Of a DNA stretch of 64,000 nucleotides, positions 24,701-38,539 are shown one piece after another (within the stretch, counting starts at the first letter, position 1; every line of letters starts with the position of its first letter). A model generated the notes under the pieces. It saw only the letters and a list, made by a program, of their open reading frames with translations, was not told the origin of the DNA and did not search any database. The position numbers were made by a program, and so were the translations under genes. Source of the DNA: Hamiltosporidium tvaerminnensis FI-OER-3-3 (taxonomy: Eukaryota; Fungi; Microsporidia); the NCBI GenBank assembly GCA_022605425.2, contig JAKIMF020000005.1:434001-498000 (forward strand). The letters are read 5' to 3'.

Positions 24701-25537
24701 CATCTAGCAACTCGATGTGAAAAAATGCTAGGTATGACTACACCAGACGAAATAATGAAGTGGTTAGATGCATAAACTTACTTCTCCTAAATAGATATAA
24801 GTTTAAGTCCTCAAAACGAATTAGGAGTCACGCAGTTCAAGAAATTCTTCATAATGAGTATGCAGAGATAAGAGTGGACACCAGAATAAAAACTGATGTT
24901 AAAATTCGGAATAACAGTTCCGACATATTTATTTTAGATAAGAAGAATAAGGTAACACTCATTAAAGTATGAATCACTTCCCAAGATTCACTTCAAAAAG
25001 TTGAAACTATAAAACTTAGGAAGTATGACCTGCTAGCCAATGATTTGGGTCTTATTTATAGGTGTAGTGTTGAGATAATCTATTATGTGATAACCTGGAA
25101 CTGTATTGTGACAAATACCATAAGACATATACTAGAAGACCAAAAATACTAATAAATGCAGAGACATATATACAATCTATAGTGCGCAAGAAGACAGTCG
25201 AAATGATTTCCTTTGATCGACGAAGAGGACTTGAGTCAGAACTAAATGCCGAAGAGAGCTGGGAGAGAGCGTCAATGAGTGTTATTATGAGATCAAAGAT
25301 GCATGAGGAACCAACACCCTCTTATAAAGAAGAGAAGAGAGAGGAAGATGGTGTTAAAATTTTAAAACCAAAAAATAATACACCCTTTATTTCACAAGGA
25401 GAATCCACGATAGAGGAACCGACCAATAACATAAATAAAGAGTCTGATTTGGAAGAAGAGACAAAAGTGGTTAAAGAGGTAGAAGAAAACATAAAAAAAT
25501 TGTAAAAATATTTTAACCCTGAATTTTATTAAATAAA
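21753..25537 (+). mobile_element. R4/Dong-like non-LTR retrotransposon (RT + CCHC + REL), disrupted copy 1
   Basis: Fragments with KAAGIDGI, LIPKG..DYRPITC, ILQGDSL, HLLFIHD (catalytic D>H), YKYLG, CQYC..TVDHLATRC; many stops and frameshifts. Confidence 0.92.
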
Positions 25538-26749
25538 TATAGATCGACACAAAAATTATAAATTTGTTTATTCTTTATCTTTACCTCTCTTAAAATTACC
25601 CAGAAAATAATTTAAATACAAAAAATTTATCTTAGTAAGATTTATGTATTTTGAGATGAAGTTTTTTTTGAAAATATTAAAAAATTATTGCTAATAGAAA
25701 ATATATAACATTTAGATTTAATGCGAAAGACTAATTGTGTATTCGTATTTTTTTGATTTTTAATTGTCTAGTATGTAAGTTGCAAAAAGAAGTTGGACAA
25801 ATGGGATTATCAGATATGATATTTGAAACATTCTCTTTATTTTTCTTTAGTCGACAAATGACATTTAATCTTATTTTTCTATAACATATACTTTGTTTTA
25901 TTCAGAAACGAATAAAATACATTCTAATTATTTAAAAAATTTTTCTTTGTACTTCTAATTCTACTGCAAATATTCTTGGAGAGATAAATAGATAATGTAT
26001 AATAAGCTACTTTAATCGATATAATAATTTTTAAATAGCTATTGTTAGTGAATAGGATATTAAATTCCCGGTGAAGTCATACATAAATTATATTCTTGCA
26101 TGAGAATGGAAAAATAAACGTAATTATCAGCTAAAATATACGTTCAAAAAAATATAATGTTAGTTATCCATCAAATTCAATTTATACTAGTATTAAAATA
26201 GAATAGACAAGAATTTTTTGTCGAAATGACTTATAATTAAAAAATAACACACTGATTTAAGAAATAAAGTTATTTTTGCTAAATTTGTTTCTTTCATAGA
26301 AAAAAAGAATAACTTTTTAAAATGACTTTAATTTTAAGTTAAATTACCAGAGATTCATTTTGTTTGGTTTTAAAATATAATAAAGGATATATTTAAGAAC
26401 AAGAATGATTTTTTTATTTAAAATAATGATTTTAAAAAAACTCAAATAATTTACACATTTTTAACTTCATATATATTTTAATGAACTAATCTAAACATAA
26501 AAACAAAATTATTCTGGAAATAATTCCTATTAAAGTTATATTGTATATTATTTTACAAATAATATAATTTGCTCCAAATAAATCACGATAGATACAAAAA
26601 AAATCATTTGTATTACTTGTTCTATAACATATCGGTCTGTCAATATCTAAGTTTGATCTTATATGAACTTCATTTATCTTAATTAAGAGCCAATTTTAAC
26701 GAATGTTTATAGAAGAAATCGTAGAATTTTTTTAACTCTATCAGAAATT

Positions 26750-29200
26750 TTTTTCGCGTGGCTTGAAACTCTGCGATTTTTATTGAAGTTTACACTTTTC
26801 TGTCAAGAGGATTTTATCATTCGGTCAAAATGACTCGGATATCAGAGCGTGATTCTATCGATATGTATAATAAGCAAGATTTTAATCCATCACTCACAAT
26901 GTTTATTGCTAGAATGTCAGTTCACTCGGTGGATTATTGTGAACTTTTTTATACTACTTAAGCTCTTTAGGTTTTCTACAGAGAGTACCGTTATATTAAT
27001 TTTAACCAATATTCATATTTACTGTCATTTATATGATATACATAAGAACATTCATACGTATAATTTTTATTCGTTTCCTGTCCAAACTCGAGATTTGAAG
27101 TTTTCTTTATTTCAAAGTATGTGTTATACACTGCTTGTGTTCTGTCTTTATTCTCCCGTATCATCTTTGTTATCTTGTGAAAAATATTTTTAAATGAAAG
27201 TATGATATTGTTTCGTGAAATATTTATGTACTAAAATAAGAAATTGATATTTTTTGGTCCATAGAACTCATCTTGTGCTATCCATTTTTTTGTGTTTAAA
27301 AAATAATGTGTTTCTTTAATTCGAGACTAACATTTCTAGCATTTCTTTCAGGATCCTTTAATGTTTACGGTAGTATCTAAGCAATCGTAATAAGCTGCGC
27401 GGTTTCCGTTTCTGTGCTGGGAATCTTTTGTACAGTTTTATCTGTACTATAGCTGCATTGAGCTTGATGTCAAAGGAGGATATAAGAAGGTGCATCTATT
27501 GTCTCAAACAGTAGAATATCTCGAGATTTTTTGCAAGTTTTTAAGTTACCACAATTTTCTAGGTCTTTTTTTAGAATCATTCGAATTAGGCTTACATCGT
27601 TTATCATATTCTGCAATTCGACTAAGGATTCGAAAAAGAATACCCTTTGATTCACCTCTATAGAAATTAAAAACCATAGATTACGGGACAATACATAACA
27701 TTTCTCCAAATAAATTTAAGAAAATCTTTGTTTAATTGCTGTTAAACCTTCGAAAAACACATTTGTTATTCCATATGAGTAATTTTTAAGTTCTAAAAAA
27801 AGGAGTTTTAGTTATATATGTGAAAGCAGATGAATAGAAAAAATGAATGTAATTGCTCACTAATTTGAGCAGACTAATTTGGTTATTTTTTGTGAATTAA
27901 AAAAAGAAATTTATCTGATCTACAGATATTTGCAATATTTCCAGATTTTTGGAATCAGAGAAATAATTTATTTACAAGCGATTTTCTTGGTAGCTACTAT
28001 CTCGACTTAAAAAACTTCAACGAGTTTTTTTTTTATTTATCAATGAGAAAATAATCGCTAAGATTTCACGAGTTAAGGCTTTAAAAGGATATTCGTGTTG
28101 CTATTTAGGCCTGACTTTCGAATTGGAAGTTTGCTTCCCAAACAAGCTGATTGTATTTAACATCCGCTCAAATGGTTAGTCATATACATCTATCTCATTC
28201 AGATAAGTCACCAAATGTTCATTGAATACTTATATAACTACGATTCAAAATTTAAACCCAAAGCCTTTTGATATATACCTACCTTGATTTTTCTCGTTTA
28301 TTTAATTCTATTTTTCTATTTTCATAATTTGTTTCTAGATAAATTTTCTTTGCTAGTCTAACATTCATGGTATGCATTTTATTCTCTAACAAATCCACTT
28401 TTTATTCGCCATCTTCTACAGTAATTTTTTATCCTTTGCTGGTTTGGTGCATAATTTCGATTTTAAGTACCAATTTAAAAGCATTTACCCGTCATAGTCC
28501 TAAAAAAAAGATAATTTTGTCAGTCCTTTCTTGTGTATATTTAGCAAATTTTTCGGAGCATCATTTCTATGCCGTCGAATGTTTTCTAAAATATTCGCAA
28601 GAACTTAATCAATCCCCGATTTTTCTATCGAAAAGATTCCATAGATTGACTCTTGGTTTTTAACAGTCTAATTTTCAAAATCTAAGGCATTTGAGCCATT
28701 TCGGTTTTTATAATTTCCGGTGATTTTATTAGTCTAGCGTCTGCCATTTTGTACATTTTAAGATATCGTTCACTCGATGTATTGTGTATGAGCTAAAATG
28801 GTATATTTTTTAGTTAACCACAATATTAATTCACAATTTTTAGGTAAAAATATATATTCATGCAGTCTAATATACTATAAACAATCATGATTTAGCTCGG
28901 ATGAAGATTCAATGGCATCGCTTATTCCTTTGAATCTTCAAAGGCTTTTTTCTCGAATTGTTTCATTTTTGTTCATTCATTGCCTACTTAGGCATTTATG
29001 TCACATACTACTGCTTTTTTTTTCTTGTATCTAATCACATGATTTTCGACAAACTAGCAAAGCTATTCTTTTATATTTGCCTTTTTAACTTAAATGCGAG
29101 CATGGCCCTAGAACTGTGAAACCAAAGAGTTCTCCGTCTAATTTTTTCCGTCAAAAATTTAACTTATTCGTTAAAAATTCTTTGCAATGTAAAGTAAATA
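26750..29200 (-). pseudogene. Very degenerate RT relic of a different R4/Dong-type subfamily (also ~45565-48020)
   Basis: Correctly ordered remnants on the minus strand: IF*KTFDGI (~28590, cf. DYKKAFDSI), VTYLNEIDVY (~28200, cf. LYMDDLKLY), EKCYVLSR (~27700, cf. ERLYLPR), TETAQLITIA (~27400, cf. ETEGLIIAAQ). Confidence 0.5.
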
Positions 29201-31348
29201 TATATTAAAGAAAATATTGTACCAGACATATTCGAAGTGTTTTTTTGCAATACAATTTATCCAACCATTTGTTTAAATACTTCTGTTTTTATAGAGCGAT
29301 TTCTCGCAGTAATCGATTTAAATTTTATATTTTTTTATAATAGCTTGTAAATATCCAGGTTCTAGTCTGGAAGTATGTTCAAATGAAAAATGCCGTCAAG
29401 TTTTCTTTTAAAAGTTATTTCGTCTCTTTTTATTCAGAATCGTTTTCCTTTTTTTCTAATTTGTTCTCCTGTAGCTTTTTTTATGTTTTATAAATCCTTA
29501 ATTTTTTGCACGGTTGGTTTTTCGCCTGAAGCTTCATCCATCTCTTTTCTTATCCAGTTTGAATCAGCTATACCTGGCTTCTTTTTGAATAGATCAAAAA
29601 TTTTAAATTTGAATATTAAATAAAATGAAATACACTTTGGGCATGAGAAATTTACAATCCGAACATGTAAAATCGAATCCTTTTAGGTTGATAATTTGCA
29701 AACATTTTGTTTCGTTTTAAAATAAATATTTCTATGGCGGCATAGTGAAAACATAGAAAAACATGCAAAAAAGAAATATGTATAGAGGAGATATTCTATC
29801 GATCACGGCTGTGTTTTGTTGAATCAAATGATCTCACTTTACCGAGAAACGCAGGGTTAAAAGCATCTGTAAAGCCTGCCGCTTCAAAGAACATATTTCT
29901 AATCCTCTATAATCGTATAAACTTTGTAATGCTTTGGAGAATACCAGTTACATAAATAGAATCCACATAATTGTTTTAGAACAATTATCTAAAAAGTGAA
30001 AAAAAAGTAACTAAAAATACTAGATTTATTAAAAAGAAATTACAGCTTTTTTAAAATGCCCAAAGTGTTTAGAAAAAATTAAAACAAAACAAGGAAAACC
30101 CAAGACATAGCTTATGTCATAGGGTAAAAGAAACAGCTGGTTTAAAGTTGAAAGTTTTTCAGCATTAAAATTATCAGATATTTTTATTAGGGTAAATACT
30201 AAATTGTTAATGCTATCTCGTAAAAATACTTCTATATAATATGTTGATTTTGTTCTCAAGGCCTTGATCTTTCTTTTACAGTAACAAAATAAATGTGTTT
30301 TGGATTAGTATGTAAACAGCATATACACAAGTTACAAACGAAACCAGTAAGAGACCCATATAGGTTTTAATTGAGAAATAAACGTTTGTTTTTGCAATTT
30401 TAAGAGCCACTTGAATTATTTTAAGTAAATAAAGAAGAAGCTTAGAAATGTTAATGAAAAAAATTTTCTAAGAACAAATTCGCACAATAGAAAGCTTCAT
30501 CATATTTTTACAAGATAGTAACAAATGTAATACGAGAATATTAAAAAGCATTACATATTCGATATACAAAAAAATTAATGTTACAAATAACATTGTAATT
30601 TGAAAAATTGGTATACATGAGTTTTTAGTTCTAAGAAATCTTTGAGATAGATAGAGAACGAATAAAGGATATTCTACAATGGTATTAAGCGTATTAAGGA
30701 TATAAATATATTTTAGGTCATTGAAGCAAAATGAAAAGAAACCTTACGCGTGAAATTCGACAAAAGGTATAAAAACTATGCATTAAAAGAATAGTTTGCA
30801 ATTATGCTTCGAATTAAAATGAGTAAATTATCGGTATCGGCATCACTTATTAAATGCATGTTCAATGATTAAAAGTTAAAATAAAATAAATCTTTAAATA
30901 AATTCTTTAAAAGAAGATACAAAAAGGAAACAATACATTTAAATAGAAACACATACTAATGCTCAGAGTAACTCAATAATGTATTTATTTTTGATATAAA
31001 AGAAATCAAAATTACAAGATTAGTTAGATAATAAAAAAATTCTGCTCAATATACTAGAAACCAAAAATCTAAGAGGCATGACTTTTTACCTGCCTAACTT
31101 AATTATATTTTTTTATAGTTTGAAATAATTTCATACTATAACATGAAGTGATGTAGTTCAGAACATCTTATGATATATTTTAGAAGACACCAGAACAGAT
31201 AAAGAATGCACCTATATGGTTGAACATGCTGCACGAGCACATATAACCACTCTTTTTTAAAGTATTTGATTATAAGCAAGGTTTGGTATATATCAGAGCT
31301 TTAGGGTATATTGTAATATCATACTAGAAAAAGGATACAAAAACGAAT

Positions 31349-31369
31349 TATAATATATATATATATATA
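31349..31369. repeat. (TA)n microsatellite at the cargo/arm junction (6 bp shorter at ~50168-50183); a similar tract lies at 20982-21008
   Basis: Directly visible. Confidence 0.8.
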
Positions 31370-34097
31370 ATTCAATAAAATGGAAGTTATAAAAAAATAA
31401 ATACCCAAATTATTTTGCAAAATCGATGGTTAAAGGCTCAAAATATAATTTACAACCAAAATATAGAATAAAAATTATTTAAAAATATATTCAATGAAAT
31501 GAAAATAGGAAATGTAAATCCGAATAACAAATAAATCTGAAATTACTGATATGCCAAAAATCAATATTTTCTAGTAAAATAATATTAGATTGTGTTTTAT
31601 AGTTTGTTTTAATAATTCTAAAAATATATTTTTGATTGTAATTATTTAAGCACTAGTATCTTTTATAAATAGCAACAATAATAGAAAACTTGCGAAAGTC
31701 ATTGCCGGAAACAGCTCGAAACTATTTTTTAAACACATCTTAGAAAATTAAATTCGATTCGTTTGTATTTTTGAATTTTTACGGATTAGTTCTGTGCTAG
31801 AATTATTTAGATTGCACCTGGTACTTTTTTTAAGTAAAACACCAAAGTTTATAACTCCTATTATTGGTTATAAATACCGTATCTACTCAAGTTTCTCACT
31901 GATATAAAAACCGAAAATACAAGGGGCATATAAGGTACTCTGATTTCGTTTATAACGAAACAAGGCACTTTATACATCCCTAAACTTATGCAACAATACT
32001 TTATATTTGATTTTTGTCAAAAAAAATGTTTTACAGTGGTTTAATTTATACGAATAAAGAAATTGAAGATATATTAAGTAAATTGGGTTTTAAAAAATAA
32101 AAAATAAATTAAAATCGAATTTTATTGTTAAAATAAATATGCTCAAAATATCGCTAAATACAAATTTTGTAAAAATTATTAAAAATTACCATCATAATAA
32201 AAAGAGAAGGAATTAAATTACTTGACACACTTGTTTAAAAAAATATATTGTAGCTTGCAATAATATATTTTTTCCATTATAGTGTAAAAATTTTAACATT
32301 TTGAAAATATTTTTGTATAATAATTAAACAAATTTAACTTTCTTTCGCTGTGCTAATTTACCAATACGAAATTTTTTTTCCTTCAGGTTCGCGAAATAAA
32401 TTTTTTTAGCTATTCTTTTTAAATATTTCAGAAAATTCTTTACCTTTTATAATATAAATGGTCTCTTAATGACTAGATTTAAACTTGTTGCACATTTTTT
32501 TAATAATTTTAATGTATTAATTATATCACACATTCTATTTTATCAAATGATAAAGAAATGTAAAAATTAGAAAGTTTTTTATCTAATAAATAGCTAATTT
32601 TTTTTTTGTAAAAATGTTATATTATTCCATGACAATGATGCAGCCATTGGTAGCTTAGATCCAGGTTCTCAAACATTCAGTCGGTGCATTTCGATAAACC
32701 TCTATCTCAATGCAATAACTCCCATATGTAGGTAAAATATTTTGAATGGGGGATCTGGTTTTTCTTGATTGTTAATGTCAGTTGCTCGAGAGTGATCGCA
32801 GGTCTAAATAAACATCGGCTACGCCATGATACGCAGTATAATCATTTTTTTAGATTTTTGAACCCAATAGAGTGACGGATAAGATTATTTGTAGCTCATT
32901 TATTAAGATAAAGTAGTATTACAATCTCACACATGTTGTTAATGTGCATCGCGAAGATGAATAAATACTTCGTATTTAATTCAATTACTTTATGATGTAA
33001 TCCCAATGGCTTTATTAGACATTGATACGATATGAGAATCGATAACAAGTTGTTATATTTGTGATGTATAGATTTAAAAATACGTAAGTTTTATATTTGG
33101 ATATCTTTTAATGAAGATTTTGTTTATTATAATAAAAACTAGTCACAAAGAAAGAAATTCCACCATCCAACAGGTATAATCTATTATTTACGACCTGGTT
33201 TTTTAAATAATATATTTTTGTATCTCCGAAATTCCAAGCCTTCGTAACTGAATATAAAAAGCTAAGGCTTTACGCTTTCACATCGCAATAACTTAAAATT
33301 TATTATTTCCTGTCGTATTTTATTCTGTTTCCCCTGTAAAAAATATAAACAGCTTTAATAAAATATCGACTCGAAATTGCATCAATTTTTCGTATGTAAA
33401 ATGAAAATTTAAAAATTCCCAAGTTTTCAATTAGATTTTCTATCTATATGCTCGGTTTTTAAAGAATTTCTTCTAAAATTTTCTAATTTTTTGTTCTAAT
33501 TTGATTTTGTCTCCCCTCTATTAAATTCTATCACTCTCCCATTTTGAATGCATTTCCTTGTTAAATTGCATAATTAGAGTAAATATATGTCAATAAAAAC
33601 CGTAAAAAAATATTTTTTCAAAACGTCTGATTTAAAGTATATTTTTGTAACTTAAGTCTTATATTCTCCATTTTTTAAATCTTATATTTTAGATTTTGGA
33701 TCAAATTCAAATTGTGTCATTTAAAGGAAAAGTAAAAAAAGCCAGTGAGAAGACTAGCATATAAAAAGCGGAATAAAAAAGGATACATTTAAATTCAACA
33801 TTTTTTTATTCTGTGATAATTTTTCTTAAGTTTATTTGTTTGATTTCCTTTTTTTATAATAAATTTTATTTTTTTTTGATTTTTATAAATTCTTTTAATT
33901 TTTTTTTATTTTAGAAGATCTTAGTTTACACAAATTTTTTAATTTATCACAAAATATATTTTTTCCCGGTAAAAAGCCATTTACCGATAAACAAACTCTA
34001 AATAGAATATTTTTTAATCTCCATCCGATTTAGCAGTGTGTGATCTGCTGGATTTTACTTTTGGCCAGGGTAAGAACAATGGGGGGGTCAATATAAA
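31368..34097 (+). repeat. Long arm, right arm of cassette 1 (chimeric: young inner part, diverged outer part)
   Basis: 31368-32130 matches RC of ~20110-20870; the remainder matches ~12550-14575. Confidence 0.9.
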
Positions 34098-35572
34098 GTA
34101 CAACATTAAATGATTAAAATAGCAACTGTAGTAGTTAAAAAATGTTTTTTATGTGTAGCTTTTTCATCAAATATATTGGTTGATATACCAACTCATGCTC
34201 TTTTATGCATTTTGATATATGATTAATTCGTCTCATCATGATCTAGTTTTCTAATCCAAACCAGAGTAAAAGAAGGTCAAGAGGCCGGCTTTTCTCTAAA
34301 TATAAAAGATTTTTTTGTGTCTAAAAGTTGACCTAGATATAAATAAGTCCTTGATGGTTCTCAAAATGATGCTTGATATAAATTAGAGTTATGTGCTAAA
34401 TTAACACACTAAAATTTTATGAATGTTTTTCTGCAATCTATTTGATAATGATTGAGGCGTTTTAATTATTATGTAAGCGTTCGAAGATACAACTTCTTCA
34501 ATCAATGCTAAAATTGTGAATAAACAACATTCTGTCATATCTATACGGTAATAATCTGATATAAAGTAATTTCAGCCCAGAGAGCGTGTACACAATAATT
34601 CTAATATTGTGTATTTTTCAATCTAAATAAAATTTGATTTCATATTGTGTTAAAACATTTAATACGTGAGATTATAGAGGATTTATGATCTAGACAAATA
34701 TAAATTCAAAAAAAATAAATACCATCTTCGATTTTAGAATGTACCTTGATTTTTAATGAGTATCAAATTGCGATGTATAAAAACGTTAGAGTGACGATTA
34801 TGATGCATAATAAAATACTTTCTAACCAATTAAAAATATGTTTTTTTGTAATAATCTTTGAAGGAGATCTTTGGCTAAGTTATATATCTATATCTCTTTT
34901 ATATGAATAATAGGCATTGAATCATAAATATCTCTGAGAATCAAAAGTAGGCTTTTACCAATCATAATAAATATTAAGCTGTTGATAATCAGGTTTCCAT
35001 ATACTATATATATAATCACCTAAATTGAAATATATGTAATTTTTTCAGAAATCGGAAAATATATACTTAGTTAAATTGAGAATTTATACCTCTGTTTATT
35101 TGGCTATCAATTTTCGTTATAAGATCAAAAATTTACCATTTAATAAAGCAATGTTTATTAGTCTTTAACGAAAAAATACTAGATTATATTTTTAGATTAA
35201 ATTATTTTTAAGGGACCGGGATTTTATGAATGACTTGGTTTTTTTATAATTCGAAGTATAAATATTGTTTTATGGTTCTTTACACCAATATATGATTATG
35301 TTTCAGCAATTTTAGTGAACAATAGCACCTTTAAACATAATTAAAGGCTCAAAACCATGATCTGACTTTTCAAAAAACAGCAGATTAGAACTATAATAAG
35401 AAAATATTTTGCTGCTTAATTTATATTTTGAGATTTAAGAAACGAAAATTATTATAGAATTGCCAAATTAAAAAATTGTGAATAAAAATATTTTTTTTAC
35501 TTCATTATGGTATTTTATCATGTGATTATATTTTAAAAGAAAAAATTCTTGTTTATGGATATTTATATCAGA

Positions 35573-36913
35573 TCATTCCAAATTCATAAGTGAAAGTATT
35601 AAATTTTTGCATTTTTCTTCAATTTCATGAAAAGCTATAGATATGTTTTTGATATTTGCATAGAGCTTTAATTCTTCTCGATAAGTAGAAATAATTTCAC
35701 CATATTCGTCAATACAAAAATTATATGCAAAAGAATCTACTCTATCTATGTGAGCAGATAATTCCATAGATTGAATAAAACATTTATTTTTTAAAGTGAA
35801 ATCGTCTTTTTTTATTTTCTTTTCGAAAAAATATCCTTTGTTAATATATTCTATAGAAAATATATTGTTTACAACCATAACTATATCTTTTCTAATTGGA
35901 TTCACAAAATCCACATCTACTCTACGCGTAGGCATTGATTTAAGGCTTAGGATAGACTGATTTTGCATATCATGAAAATTCTCTTCTATCTTTTCCGTAA
36001 ATTTAATCGCAGAATACTTCAAAAAAAGTTCTTCTGATACAAAAAAAGCTTTTAATTCCTTAAGATTTTGAAAGTATATTATATATTCAGAAGAAACAAT
36101 TTTTTCATAATAGAATTTTACAGTGCAAAAAGTTTTAGAAGTATCCGAAGAACTTAAGAAATAGCCATCATTTTTCAAATTATTCGAACTACTATCAAAA
36201 AAAAATACAGGGGTCATGAATGACGTATTTCTAACTTTTAGATATTTAAAAATAATTTTCTTGAATAAAAAGATATCTAAATTTGGTATTTTTCCTCTAC
36301 AAATAAAGATAAATGTTTTTTGACTAAGAAAATTTGTCGCATTCATCTGGAAATCCAGACTTTTAGAAAAAATCTTTTTGATAGATTCTATATTTAAATT
36401 TTCATTCTTAAAATTATTTATATGATAATGAAAATATCTGAAGACTTTAGAAATGTCCTCGTAAATAAAATTTGTTCCGTTATTTATTACAATTTTTTCT
36501 TTCGGTTTACACATTTTTCCTTCTAAATGATTATTCAATGCACATAAAATTTTTTTAATAATGTTCTCAGTGTTTAAATTTGAATCTTCAGACCAATCAA
36601 ATTGAACATAAAAAAAATGTGTTTTTATCGTCTTAGAATGTGTGATTTTATTTATGAACCCCTCAAAATCTGCAATTGTTGTAAGATTATTTGTTTCTAT
36701 GAAATATACATCATTAAATGCATTTTTAGAATAACCAGAAAATAACTGCTCTATCAGATTGAATGCATGCTTCTCAAAATATGTAGTTTCTTCTTTATAA
36801 GGAAACATACCCTTATCTGGTATCGTTTTATTTGACTTTGAAAGATAAATTTGTCCTACAATAAATACTATTATAATAAAGATTTCTTGTTTAATTAATA
36901 TTAAGATATTCAT
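35573..36913 (-). CDS. Hypothetical secreted protein (446 aa from ATG 36913), the only open copy in the array
   Basis: Uninterrupted ORF, hydrophobic N-terminus, collinear with paralogue 3213-4517. Confidence 0.85.
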   Translation of the reverse strand: MNILILIKQEIFIIIVFIVGQIYLSKSNKTIPDKGMFPYKEETTYFEKHAFNLIEQLFSGYSKNAFNDVYFIETNNLTTIADFEGFINKITHSKTIKTHFFYVQFDWSEDSNLNTENIIKKILCALNNHLEGKMCKPKEKIVINNGTNFIYEDISKVFRYFHYHINNFKNENLNIESIKKIFSKSLDFQMNATNFLSQKTFIFICRGKIPNLDIFLFKKIIFKYLKVRNTSFMTPVFFFDSSSNNLKNDGYFLSSSDTSKTFCTVKFYYEKIVSSEYIIYFQNLKELKAFFVSEELFLKYSAIKFTEKIEENFHDMQNQSILSLKSMPTRRVDVDFVNPIRKDIVMVVNNIFSIEYINKGYFFEKKIKKDDFTLKNKCFIQSMELSAHIDRVDSFAYNFCIDEYGEIISTYREELKLYANIKNISIAFHEIEEKCKNLILSLMNLE

Positions 36914-37617
36914 AAACACATTTGTTTCTTTACTTATATAATTTGTGATAATAAATTAAAAATAACAAATTGTAATTTGATTAATTAAATTTTTTAATCA
37001 ATCAAATCTTAAATTCAGAACTTATGAAAATTTAATTTAAAATCATTATTCGAGTTAGAACCAACATAAATTTGATTTTAATATAAATAATTCTAGTTTT
37101 TAGAAAATTTCAAGTTTAATTCATATGATGAATAATTTATATTTTTTTTAATTTATATTAATATTCTGGTTCATAAATTTATATTAAGGTTAATATAATA
37201 CTTAAAAATACAACATTATATGCATTTTTTGGTTGTAGATACTTAGTTATAAGTACTTACGGATCTTGATGTCTCCCATTTTTCCTTTTTACCTGATTCT
37301 TTTGACCAACATCGTTCTATTTAGAAAGAAATTTTCAATATAAATTCATTTTTTTAGGAAGCCAGCTAGGTTTGAAGCATTTCGGCTCCAATAAGATCAC
37401 CTTCCTGACATTAATTTCTGATATTAAAATTAAAATGTTGTCTTAGAGAAGCTATCGCGCCGTTTATATTTATTTTTAAGATCTGTATTTAGAGTAAACT
37501 TTTGATTTGCCTTTATGTAATATCCATTCTGCTAGTCCTTCTGGTATTACCCATTAAGGTTTTAAAGATTGTATAATTAGAAATTTCCATAAGATATATA
37601 TAATCTCCAGGCTTTAG

Positions 37618-38330
37618 GCGAGTGTAAAAAGCTTCATTAAAAACTATCTCCTGGCAAAAAAATATCTAAACTGCTGGTCAAAATATTGCTTTTGTTTTTG
37701 GTGGGACGAAAACTAAACCAAATTTTCGATTTTTCACGGGAATGCGTATAACAAGAGGAAGGTCTAAATAAAGAGTAAAAATTTTCCACGGTCTTTGTTT
37801 GTAGTATAAATAACTAGATTGGAGACCACAGCCGAAATTGTATCTAGTTGTATGTGAAAGCATGAAAAATTAGCTTTACTCACTCGGCTTAGAGAGTTTA
37901 GCGCTTCGATGATGCAAAAAAGTTACCTTTTAAATAACCAGGTCACAGAGAAGCAAATTTTTTCCCCTTAAGACATTTAAATGTCTAAGTAACGCATGTA
38001 AGTTTAAGATACGTCTTAATATGAAATACGTTCGGCTCACAAATGTAAAGTAAGTAAGATATTACTGGTTTTAGGGAAATTACAAGGTTTATTTCGACCT
38101 AAAATTACGCTCGTAGCAACAAAAATGTGCGAAAAACGATCTCGATACGATCATTAAATAGTCCTACATATATTTTTAGAGGAAAATTTTTGAAATATTG
38201 GTATATCAAAGAAGACTGATGGAATGCTGGGGAGGCTGTGATTTTTTTAAATCTAGAACTGCGTTAATGTCATGAAAACAATATAAAATATCCAAAAAAC
38301 TTGTATATTTATTAGATGATAACTCTTCTA
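37618..38330 (+). mobile_element. Old copy of the ~730-nt element (array unit 2)
   Basis: Duplicate of 18085-18795. Confidence 0.7.
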
Positions 38331-38539
38331 CTTTATACATATTTCAAGATATGAAAAAGTTTAATATTCGGTATACTTAATCAATGATGAAAAATCTTTA
38401 ACTAACAAATTCAATATAAAACTTATTTTAGAAAACCATAATCCTACTGTGTAACAAATTTAAATTTAAACATTAAGAACCATTAATAATATAAAGGTTA
38501 AAATTTGTCTGCAATATTAAAAAGTAATAATTATCGTAT

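Noticed and set aside
26849-30259. Short ORFs duplicated identically at 45663-49077
   Set aside because: Identity only reflects the recent segmental duplication; several are antisense to or fragments of a decayed RT.
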